From positions 65,384-129,383 of the forward strand of contig NW_014040420.1 of assembly GCF_001186125.1 (NCBI RefSeq): a DNA stretch of 64,000 nucleotides, in the 5' to 3' direction. A program made the position numbers and the translations under genes. Below are positions 1 to 11,609 of the stretch, in pieces. The notes beneath the pieces are model-generated. The model did no database searches, was not told the origin of the DNA, and saw only the letters and a list, made by a program, of their open reading frames with translations. How positions within the stretch are numbered: the first letter of the stretch is position 1; the number at the start of each line of letters is the position of its first letter. The stretch comes from Sphaeroforma arctica JP610. Taxonomy: Eukaryota.

Positions 1-344
1 ACTATATATACTATATATACTATATATACTATATATACTATATATATATATGCGTGTGTGTGTGCGACCGCAATGTAACTCTCACGTACAGTGTGTCTGT
101 AATTGGGCAGCTACCAGTGAATGAATAGCTGTTTGATGGCTTGTGGATAGTTTTAGAGTTGGTTTTAGCTGGTTTCGATTGGTTTCAGTTGGTTTGGGTT
201 TAGTTAGGTTTAGTTGGCTCTTGTATGGTTTAGTTCGTGCTAGATGGCATGTTTAAGATGGGTGTAGCTTTCAGTATGTTTTAGTTGGGTTTAGCTGGTT
301 TGAATTGATATATCTAGTCAGACCTTTACAACAAGCATGTATAG

Positions 345-3300
345 ATTTGTACCCTCCAATGGAAGATTCAGGTAACGACGGACGGTCGATATTCCCAACA
401 CACACAACTAAACAACTAAACAAACAGAACGCAGATATATACACACTGCCGCCTCACATCACTGACTCAACAAAGACAATAAACTAAACAAACACAACAA
501 ACTAAAACAACCACAATAAACTAAACCAACACAATAAATTAAACCAACACAATAAACTAAAACAAACACAATAAATTAGACAAGCACAATAAACTAAACA
601 AACACAATAAACTAAAACAAACACAATAAACTAAAACAAACACAATAAACGAAACCAACACAATTAACTAAAAAAAACACAATAAACTAAACGAACACAA
701 TACACTAAACAAACACAATACGAATTAATACGCTCCCCACCCCCACTCACACTCTCTCACCATTCCAAAAACCTCAGGACACACACCAGCCTTACTTGAC
801 GCCCTGGTACCCCGCACCCGAAACCCTATGTCCGGGGCTGCCCTGTCCCATCCCATGCTTGCAGACTCGGACGACGGAGAAGAAATTGAGCTTCTGAGAG
901 CCACAAGTAATGGTTTCCTAAAGGCAGTGGAAGACGAAGACCACGTGCGCACCCCCTCACGTACACACTCACTACTGATCACAGCCACCTACGACAGCGA
1001 ACACGACACCAGGGACGTAGACGACTACGGCGAGGGTGCACTGAGGTGGGTGGGGCACCTTTATCTGTGCTTGTGCGTGTGTATGGTAGTGCTGTTGGCG
1101 GGTGGCTGTAGGGTTTAGGGTTTTTTAGGGTTTAGGGTTTTTTAGGGTTTAGGGGTTTTTAGGGTTTAGGGTTTTAGGGTTTAGGGAAAATAGTGTGTAT
1201 GTGATAAGTGTGTATGTGATATTGCCTTTGGCGGGTGGACACGTTCGGGTTGAACGTTTTGTATAGTTGAATGAATATAACGTTTTGTATAGTTGAATGT
1301 ATTTTACGTTTGATGGGTAACTAAGTACAGGCTGTGTTCAGAATACGTATACGTATATGCTGGAGGGTCGTGCCTACCTGGAGTCTCGGGATCCACTGCT
1401 TTCTGCTGTCGCGCGCAGATGGTACACACACGCCGTGTGAGGCGTAAGATGATTGAAGCAGCGCTCTACTGCTCTCATTGACAAGGGGCTTTATACTGGT
1501 TGAGTGTATGTACTCACAAAGCATGTGCCACTTTTTGTACGGCCTACAGTGGTAGTGATAATTGCAGACCCGTCTCACCCACTCCTTATACCACATTCAG
1601 TAGTGATGTGGAGTCCTGCCCCAGAAAACAGGTGCAGGTGCAGACCAACTCCGCGAGAGGTCAGAGCGCCAAAGTACTGGTTCGGCCACGCGATAGCAAG
1701 TGTAGTAGTGTGGGCTTGGCTGGGTACGGCCACCCAAGCAAACCTCACCCGCAGGTGAGTGCTGGTATATTGATAGAATGGTGTGCTATCAATAGAAAGC
1801 GGGATATTAATAGAATGGGAGTGTTATTAATAGAACGGAGCACTAAATAGAACGGTGTTCTATTGATGGAATGGAGCACTGATAATAGAATGGAGTACTA
1901 TTAACAGAGCGGAGTGCTGTGAATAGAACGAAGTTCGATTAACAGAAATAAGTTTTATTAATACAACGGAATGCTATTGATATGACGGTGTGCTAATAAT
2001 AGAACGTAGTGCTTTGAACAGAAGGGTGTGCTATCAATAAAAGGGTGTGCTATCAATAGAATGGTGTATTATTGATATAATGGGGTGTTATTAATAGAAC
2101 GATGTGCTATTATTAGAACGGCGCACATCTCTGCTTCGCAAAATCTCAACGATGGTATGCTTTGTCACACACCCATACCCTATCTCGTACCCACTCAACT
2201 CTCCCCAAACCCGCTAACGATTACATACTGACGACGAGCCATATCTCTGCACTTTACCTTTCACTTAGCAGACTCAGGCTGTCAAGGACGCAGTGATGGT
2301 GCGCTCATCCTCTCCGCTTGCACGCCCCACGCACGGTCAGACCCCCCAGATACACCCCCCCACCCACACCAGCATCAGCATACAGGCCACCCATACCATC
2401 GACACACCCACTACCAGTGGCAGTGGTAGGAGTGCATCGCCTACCAACACATCTGTCCAGACACACGTGACACTACCCGCCTCTGGTACACACACGGTAG
2501 CTTCGGCGTTCTACCTGGAAACCGATCCGGAATCAAGCGCCCACGACCATACCGGGACCAATGAGCCGCGCACCGCTCCCCACACGACAGTGGACAATAA
2601 ACGAGGACAAGGAATAACGGTGGCGGAGGTAGGTAGACCGTTGCGTGGGAGTATTCGCAGCACGAGTGAGAGTGACTTGGCTGCCATGGCAGCCGCCCTG
2701 CCCACCGCCAGTGCGGTTAAGCGTCGACCCAAACCACAGCCAATGCGATGCAGCGCGCCAGTGCCTAGAAAACGCCAGGCCGACCCAAACACTTCTGCAC
2801 CAAACATCCACACACACACACACGCACACGCACACGCACACGCACACGCACACTCACACACACACACACACTCGCGCGCGCAGAGGAGGGATGGCGGGGG
2901 GTGGGTTTCAGAGTCTAACACAGTCGCAGTTGCGGATGTTTAAGCAAGGCTTGGCCAGAGGGCAGGATGACAGCGACGTGTCAGATGACAGCACAGGCCA
3001 CCACGACGCGGAATGGCTCAGAGACGAGGCGCTGAGGAAACCGCTGGTGCTGCGGGTAAGGGTTTAATGGGGGTTACGTGGTTATGTGATTTAGGGTTTA
3101 GGGTTTAAGGTTTTAACTCAGAGATGAGGCGCTGAGGAAGGGTTAAGGGTTTAGATAAAGGAAGGGTTTAATAGGAGTTGTGTGGTTGTGTGTGTTGTCA
3201 GGGTAAAACCATACAGTCAGTCGAGGTAGCGTGTTGTAGGTGAGTGAACACGTGGTTGTACCTATGCTCTGTGGCTATTCATTACACATGTGGCTGTTGT

Positions 3301-6300
3301 TGAGTTTGCTGCATTTCTGTTGTATCTGTACTCTGTTGCAAGTGATTTGACACGTGGTTGTTTGCATGACATGTGATTTGACAGGGGGGGGACTTTGTGG
3401 TGGAGCCGATTGTGGGCCACTGCGCCGAAGGCAGTCAGTATCAACTGGACATCCGCAACAACACCGGCTTCTACCAGAGCTATTTCTTTGGCAAAGGTAT
3501 GTCTTACTACACCTGTATGCGCATAGGCGTTTAGGGTTTTTTTATAGGGTTTTAGGGATTGCTTAAAACCTTAAACTTCAAGCTGCTCTGCGCAAAGTTA
3601 ATTGTAATGAACCGTACACCATTCGACCGTTCTATCTCTACATATGAGTGTGTGTGAGTGTGTATATACACATCTGTCTACATGTATGTGTGTGAGAGTG
3701 TGTATATACGCCATAGACAGGTGGCTGAGATGATAAGATCTCTATAGCGGGCTGCGTTTGATGGCTTCTTACGACCTTCGCTCAATCGGTTGCGATTTAA
3801 GGTCCACCTCACATCTGTAGTACAACGGTAGCAGCAGTAGCAGCGGGAGTACAGGAGAGAGACAAAAACACCTGTCTGTCCTCTTATGCGTACTTTTGTC
3901 CTTTTGTTGCACAGAGCATGTCAACTACTTTGCCATCGACCAGTACCTGGGTAAGCTGGTCATCTCCATCCGCAAGGAACGCGTGCGCAGCAACGACCCC
4001 AACATGAAGGATGCGCAGTACAGAGTGTGTTTCCGTTCGGAAATGAGTGAGGACGAGAATTTAGTCATACCCGACACCTGGGTCAAGGGGTGGAAGAAGA
4101 GCAAAGTAAGTAGTGGACCGGTCCGAATTTTAGGGCCGGTGCGTATGGGTGTGAGTTTGTGACGTATATACGGGGGTTGTTTGTTTGTTCGAGGGCAGTG
4201 TATGTACTGCATTATACTGTCCTAAACAAAACACGTTTACGTTAATGTCAAAGTAGGTTTGAGTTTGTTGATACGAATTACGTGTGTGTGGGCCTAGGAA
4301 GTGAGGAGGTCAATGTAAACGTTGAGATACGGGTGTGTCTCCCGTCCCTGAGGGGATGGTGTAGAACCATCATCTACGTAAGTTCAAAAGACTAGAACAA
4401 CTGAGGGGGTAGGTTAAAGTTCAATTTTGGCGAGGTGTGACCAAATCAACCCCCCCCCCCCCCCATAGGAATAATAAGATATATTTAATCTGGTGCCTGG
4501 TATTTAGATCCCGAGTCGGAGACCAAGGGGATATATATCCTCAAATATGCTTAAAATCTGAACACATACTATATCGGCAACAAGGATAATAAGGTTAGAT
4601 ATACAGATATATACTCAGTCCCATTCCGCACTTGCCTCTACACTACTATGAGAATTCATACTCAACCCTAAACCACTTATACACGTTCCCTCTACCCTAA
4701 TATGAGAAGTTATACCTACTTACTAAACGGCTTTTAAACCGTTCCAACTACCCTAATATGAGAAGTTATACCTACTTACTAAACGGCTTTTAAAACGTTC
4801 CATCTACCCTATTATGAGAAGTTATACCTACTTACTAAACGACTTATACACGTGTGTCTGTCTTCCACAACAGAGAGCAAGCATGGCCACAAGTAAGGTG
4901 GCTATACGCGATGTGATCAACTTTGCCTTACCCAGACTACAGCTACTGACCAAGCTCACGGCACCAGCGTCTGAAAAGGAGTCTCTGGGTGCCAATCTGT
5001 CCATGCTTTTGCTGGATAAGGATGAGGTTAGTAAGACTACCTGTTGTATTGGGTCTATAGTATTACAGTACGAGGAGGTTAGTAAGACTGTATGTTGTAT
5101 TGAGTCCATGGTAGGGTTTAGAGTTTGTGCTGCGGCTCTTAAGGTTGTTTTCCCGATATTAAGAGGAGGTCGGTCAGTAAGACTTGCCCGTTGTATGGAG
5201 TCCATGGTATTAGAGTGCTGTATTGCCCAGGGTTGGTTTAGAAGACGAGGTCAGTATAAGAGGAGCCGTTGGTACAAGTACGTACGTTAATTCATATCAC
5301 AAAGTCTCACAGTCACTGATACTACGCGTAGATAGCTGCACTATAGTGTACACGCGTGTGTGTGCAAACACCTTCAGTATTTAGAAAGTGCTCTCAGCTG
5401 GGTTTCCTTGCGGGTGGGGTGTATAATCACACACACGCTGCGAGGTTGAACCCTGTAATTCATATTGCTCTGCTCATTACACCACCAAGAGGGGTCTGTG
5501 AAAGGGTGGTGACGGTTTGCTTGTGCTTGTTTGTCTGTACCTAATAGTTTGGCTGACCCATGCTATATACCCCCCTTTCAACGGCTCATTAAATCCTAGT
5601 TGGCTGACCCATACTATCTACCCCCCTTTCAACAGCTCATTAAAGCCTAAGTTGGCTGACCCATGCTATCTATCCCCCTTTCAACAGCTCATTAAAGCCT
5701 AAGTTGGCTGACCCATGCTATCTATCCCCCTTTCAACAACTCATTAAAACCTACGTTGGCTGACCCATGCTATCTACCCCCCTTTCAACAGCTCATTAAA
5801 GCCTACAAATTCGGAGTGATGTATTGCAAGGAGGGCCAGACAACGGAGAATGCCATGTTTGCAAACGGTATGTGCTTGCTAGTCGCACGTTTACCAGTCG
5901 TATATATCGGTTCACGTGGTCGAGAGATAGTAGACACCTTGTGGTCTAGTCCAGTTATCAAGCAACACGGGATCAATCGGGGCACACAGAAGGACGGTGC
6001 ATGTGGGTTCAAGTACGTTGTGATGGTTTTAGGGTATTAGGGGTTTTGGGTACCACAAGAAGATTGGGTGCAGGGTGTCCCTCGCTAGCGACCTGCACAA
6101 AGCGGTACTGGACTACATTGGACCCTTATGATCATATTTCGTCATAGATCGTGCACATACCCACGCCTGTCCATTCATAGCCGCTGAGTACAAACTCACC
6201 CATCCAAAACCCACTCAACCAACACCTACCTACCCAAAACCTACCCACACAAAACCTACCCACACAAAACCTACCCACCCAAAAACCAACCAACCCAACA

Positions 6301-9300
6301 ACCATTCACCCAAAACCAACCAACCAAACACCCACTCACCCTAAACTTACCCACCCAACACCCACCTACCCAAAACCAAGCAACCCAACACCCACCCACC
6401 CAAAATTCACCCATTCAAAACCTACCCACCCATCTACAGAGCACGGCAGCGAGCACTACAACGACTTCTTGGAGTTGATTGGCTCTAAAGTGCGGTTGAA
6501 CGGCTTCAAATCCTTCCGCGGGGGATTGGATGTCAAAGGTAGTGTGCGATGCGTGGTTGTGCCGTCTAGTTCAAAATAACACACTACAGCACCACACAGC
6601 ACCAGATTGAATTAGATTCGTTCATAATAGCACACTACAGCACTACACAGCACCAGATTGAATTAGATTAGTTCACAATAGCACACTACTGCACTGCACA
6701 GCACCAAATTGAATTGAATTAGTTCATAATAGCACAATACAACACTACACAGCACCAGATTGAATTGAATTAGTTCATAGTAGCACACTACAGCACTACA
6801 CAGCACCAGATTGAATTAGATTAGTTCATAATAGCACACTACAGCACTGCACAGTACCAGATTGATTTGAATTAGTTCACAATAGCACACTACAGCACTA
6901 CACAGCACCAGATTGAATTGAATTAGTTCATAATAGCACACTACAGCACTACACAGCACCAGATTGCATCAAATTAGTTCATAATAGCACGCTGAAGTGT
7001 GTTCTTCCGGCATGTGAACGTGTGTGAGTGGTCTATAGACTATAGGTCTGTGGGTCAACGGCAGCGGTAACTGTGAGCTGGGCCCCTTCTCGTACACACG
7101 TTCCTACACCGTTGGAGATAGTGCGAAAGCATTAGGTGTCTGGTGAGTTTCCAACCATTCTTGATGCATAAATCAAACAATGCCCCTGGCTTTGCGCCAC
7201 AGATTTGCACAGAGAGGGGGTTCAATCACTCACTGTGTGAGTCCTACTTGGTTGTCTACTATAGGGGATGCGACCGGGAAGTACTCCGGCTTAACATTAA
7301 ACACCCATTGTGTGAGTCATGCCTAATCGACTCACTGTGTGGGTCCTGCTTAATTGTCTACTATAGGGGATACGACCGGAAAGTACTCCGTCTTCACCTT
7401 CTGGAACAATCTCGAAATCATGCTGCATGTCAGCACACTCCTGCCATTCCAGGCAGACAACGAGCAACAGGTATTTAACACGTGTGCACAAATAGCAAAA
7501 CACGTGCTAGCGGCATGTCAACATCTATTCAGGAACGGCTAGTATTATTATATGGCAAGTGGCCCTTGCTTGGCTATAACATCTGCTCTGGCAGTATCCC
7601 ACACCCTCCTGGCACACCCAATGGCTTATTTCCCTCGATATCACCTACCTAACTAACTATCTACACAGCTACCTACCTAACAACCTACCTACTTCCTTAC
7701 TTTATCTACCTACCTACCAACCTATCTACTTACTTGCTTAACCTACCTACCTACCTAACTACCTACCTACTTCAGCTGTTTCGCAAAGCACACATTGGCA
7801 ACGACATCGTGGTGCTGGTGTATGTGGAGGGCGATGCTGTCTTCGACCCTGCTGCACTGGTGGCGCAGTTTCCCCACGTCTTCATTGTGGTCAGATTAGA
7901 GCGCACTGAGCCGACCAGAAGATACCGGTATGTATTGGGAGTTTCATAGAATGTATTGGGAGTTCGGTAGACTATATTGGGTGTTTAATAGATTGTATTG
8001 GAGATTTGTATTGGTATGTATCGGAGAGATGTGGTGCACATGTGTGCCACTTGTTGGTAGGAGAGATATGAGACGGACCCACTTCTACGGTAGTAAACAT
8101 ATGGGGTTAGTCCACTTCTATGGTAGGTGTAGTACGGAGTATGCGAGAGACACTGATGTTACATCGCAACCCTTGTATCAGGGGTGTTGGTGCTTAACAA
8201 CTTGTCGCGCTAAATGCGTTCTGTTCATTTGATAGAATACTTTTCTATACACACTCATTTTTGCCTTAAGGGTTTAGGGTTTAGGGTTTAGGAGTTTAGG
8301 AGTTTTTTTCAGATATCGATAAGCCTTCTGAAAGATAGTCGATGGCTTAACACATGAGAGTGTTCTAGGTATCTGTTCTCCTTCAAGTAGGTATGTGGCA
8401 CTGACAACATATGTGCATATGGCGTGCGATTGGTCCACTCCCACGTTTGGTCTCCAGTGCGTTGAATCCAAAACGTTAACTCTCTCGTCTGTGCCGGGGG
8501 CACTCATCTAACCGCGGTTCACAGCGGGTGCTGACAAATTCAGGATTGTCAAGAAGTTTTCGGGGTTGGGTATTAGAGTTTTTTAGAGATATACCAGGAT
8601 GTTCCGGCCGACCTCTATTGTTGTTTGCTACGTCATATTGTAAACGAAAGCGATATAAATACAAAACTATCTGCTGCATGCGGTGTACGACGTCGAACTC
8701 CTCTGCTGGAATCAAGGTCACATTTCTATCTACTATGTCACATTTCTATCTACTATGTCATATCTCTACCTACTATGTCACATTTCTACCTACTATGTCA
8801 CATTTCTACCTACTATGTCACATTTCTATCTACTATGTCATATCTCTACCTACTATGTCACATTTCTACCTACTATGTCATATTTCTACATACTATAAAG
8901 CTGACATAACTGCTATCATCACTTCATACACTCACTTTGATAGTACTAGATCGCCTATCCTACCTTCTACTTTAGTCTTAGTTGAACCAGGCTCAGTCAC
9001 GTACACGTATACAATCTGACAGCCTCCAGATCATGATTGATACAGATCCGTTCAGCGAGAACTGACGTCATTTGCATACCCTTAGGAAAAAAACCCTACA
9101 TCCCTAAACCCTATAACCTTACCCTCATCAAATATACATGCAAATTCGTCGTGAGAAAATCTCCAGTGAACACATAACATAATGGCAACTGTACACCCGT
9201 AAACCCTAAAACCTCTAAACCCACTGAACTCGACACAGTCCCATTTATAGAGTGGAGGTGGCTGTCAGAAAACTTGTGCCTTAGTCTCAATGTATTTTGA

Positions 9301-10223
9301 ACCCTAAACCCCAAAATCTTAAAACCTCTAAACCCACGGAACTCTACACAATTCCATTTATAGAGTGGAGGTGGCCGCCAGAAAAGGGGTGCCTGAATTT
9401 CTGCCCCAAGTCCCAATGTATTTTGAACACGACAGCAAACTGCGCGACTTCATCCTTTCGAAAAGTATGTTATGGTTGTGTGTCCAATACTCCCAGGCCC
9501 TTGCTGGGGGAGTTCTGTTGAGTATGTACACAAGCCCAGAAGTACAGTCCAGCTAAACCCTAAAGCTGTAGTGATGTGTTGGGTTTCTGCTGAGATCCAC
9601 ACATCTTCAGGCAGACGGTCCTATTTTAAACCCCAAGCCAATGGTGTTCTGGCTATGATCCATAGGAGGCTATTCGTGGAGGAAGTTCCCTCAACACATA
9701 CGTAAACGTACTGCTACAAGACATGGTCTTCTAAACTAAAGCTGGATATCAAGCATGCAAAGATACGGTATCGCTTATGCATTTATGTATCTACCCGCAC
9801 CTTACGCAATTCGATATCTGTGCCTAGGTGTATACACCTCGTGCTACATAGCCCACTGTGTTTGCTCAATAGCTCTAATATATATAAATATATACAAATA
9901 TATATATATGCATAAATATAGATATATATATATATATATATAAATATATATACTTGTATATATATGCTAATCGCACATATCTGTATGTTTCCATGGGCTC
10001 ACAATGACGTTAAACAATGGGTAGGTAGGTAGTCTGCCCTCCATTGTAATTATTCTAACCCAAAAAAACAAAACATAACATTCCATCACACACACACACA
10101 GTGATCAACGGAGAGAACGCGTCATACAAAGCACCGAAGTTCAGGAAAATTAGGCAACGCACCCGCAGGTTACTACTCAACAATCTATTCGACGAGTTTA
10201 TGCCTGGGCTCAGTCCAAAGTGA
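345..10223 (+). CDS. Rap/Ran-GAP (Rap1GAP-family) GTPase-activating protein, multi-exon, 5' end upstream of window
   Basis: GT-AG exons with matching phases: 345-371, 778-1045, 1550-1754, 2272-3055 (contains a frame break, see findings), 3385-3496, 3915-4105, 4874-5026, 5792-5867, 6440-6538, 7367-7470, 7776-7927, 9364-9464, 10102-10223 (TGA). The spliced protein has RapGAP motifs YFFGKEHVNYF, YKFGVMYCKEGQTTENAMF, FLELIG..VRL.GFKSFRGGLD, EIMLHVSTLLP, RKAHIGNDIV (catalytic Asn-thumb helix) and INGENASYKAPKF..RTR. Confidence 0.93.
1108..1186 (+). repeat. Interstitial telomere-like (TTTAGGG-type) degenerate array in an intron
   Basis: tagggtttagggttttttagggtttaggg... directly visible. Shorter copies are scattered through the window. 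Confidence 0.85.
5549..5806 (+). repeat. About 52-bp tandem repeat x5 spanning the branch site, acceptor and exon start
   Basis: Unit ttggctgacccatgctatctacccccctttcaacagctcattaaagcctaag; the last copy is the functional acceptor (exon starts 5792). Confidence 0.9.
6567..6990 (+). repeat. 51-bp intronic minisatellite, about 8 copies
   Basis: Unit tagttcataatagcacactacagcactacacagcaccagattgaattgaat. Confidence 0.9.
8716..8896 (+). repeat. 20-bp intronic minisatellite, about 9 copies
   Basis: Unit catttctacctactatgtca. Confidence 0.9.
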
Positions 10224-11175
10224 CCGGCGCTGTCCTGAAAGTATAGGTCCGCTAACACATTGTATGAGCCCCCACAGGCATTTAGCTAAACCCCAAAACC
10301 CAGCCAGCCCTAGCAGAAGTGATGGTTGGAACGAAGACACCTTTGTTTGTAAATAAATACTCCATGCCCTGCAGACGGACTATGGGAGTGCACTCTTGTG
10401 CGGCATGCATGTGTACAAGGTTCGTTTTAGCGAGTTAGCTTTAGGGTTTTAGGGTTTCACTTCGTTGGGTTGAAGCTGTTTATTACTATTCAGTACTGCT
10501 GGTTTGCTGTGTTATGGTTAATTGTCTCGTATCAATACACTCGGAAGGGGGTACACGCGTAAGCAGACGCGTCGCCTATCTAGATACCACATTGGACATA
10601 CAGTATTCTTATATCTTAACTCTCAATGGCACACTCGGATGGTTTGATTTAGGGTTTAGCCTAAAACCCTAAAACCCTAAACTCTAATACACACGCACGA
10701 AGATGCATGCATATCTACGCAGAGAAAAGACATGAGCGTGGTAAGTGAACCAGTGGCTTAAGGCTTGTGCCTCACATAGATATAATCGTTGGTGTTATGC
10801 TTGGGTCTCTCTCTTGGTTGGGTTTCGCTGGCCCAGATTCTAAACACATCGGCAGTAAAGTTTGGCAGTTTTTAGGGCTGAGATTAAGGAATGGTATATC
10901 ACAAGTATGTACAATCCTCATACAGGAATCACACATGCCGGATAAGTAAATGCACACACCTTGTATGTGTCCGTGCTGTAATGCGACTCTCACATGTCCA
11001 GTAGATAAGCACACACACACACAGCTCCTCGTAACAAAGCCCACAACGCCGACGGAAAACGGCAAGCTTTACAACTACGTCTGAGCCCATATCATTTTTA
11101 TATAAGAGAGAGTGCTTACGCGTCAATCCCCACATTACACTCTCCGCTCTGGCAGCACATGCTACAAGCATGTAC

Positions 11176-11550
11176 CGCTGAACGGTGAGTTTCAATATCT
11201 GTCGGTGATGCATTCCACCTCCCCTTAACCTTAATTAAAAGTTACATACTAGTTGCATTAGTTCGCAAATCCGCTGAACGGTGAGTTTCTATATCTGTCT
11301 GTAATGCATTCTACCTCCCATAAACCTTAATTAAAGTTACATACTGGTTGCATTAGTTCGCAAATCCGCTGAACGGTGAGTTTCTATATCCATCTGTGAT
11401 GCATTCTACCTCCCCTAAACCTTAATTAAAGTTACATACTGGTTTGCATTAGTTCGCAAATCCGCTGAATGGTGAGTTTCTATATCTGTCTGTGTGATGC
11501 ATTCTACCTCCCCTAAACCCTAATTTAAGCTGTATACTAGTTGCATCAGT
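11176..11550 (+). repeat. About 95-bp tandem repeat x4, intergenic
   Basis: Unit ccgctgaacggtgagtttctatatctgtctgt.atgcattctacctcccctaaaccttaattaaagttacatactggttgcattagttcgcaaat. Confidence 0.9.
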
Positions 11551-11609
11551 TCATTAATAGGCCAATCTGGCGTTCACATCGCTATCCCTTCGGATACGGT
11601 CACCTCGGC

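Noticed and set aside
1108..1186. True telomere or chromosome end
   Set aside because: Short, degenerate and inside an intron of a continuing gene.
6567..6990. Regular repeats resembling a CRISPR array
   Set aside because: Contiguous tandem units with no unique spacers, no cas genes, and a eukaryotic intron context. The same applies to 11176-11550.
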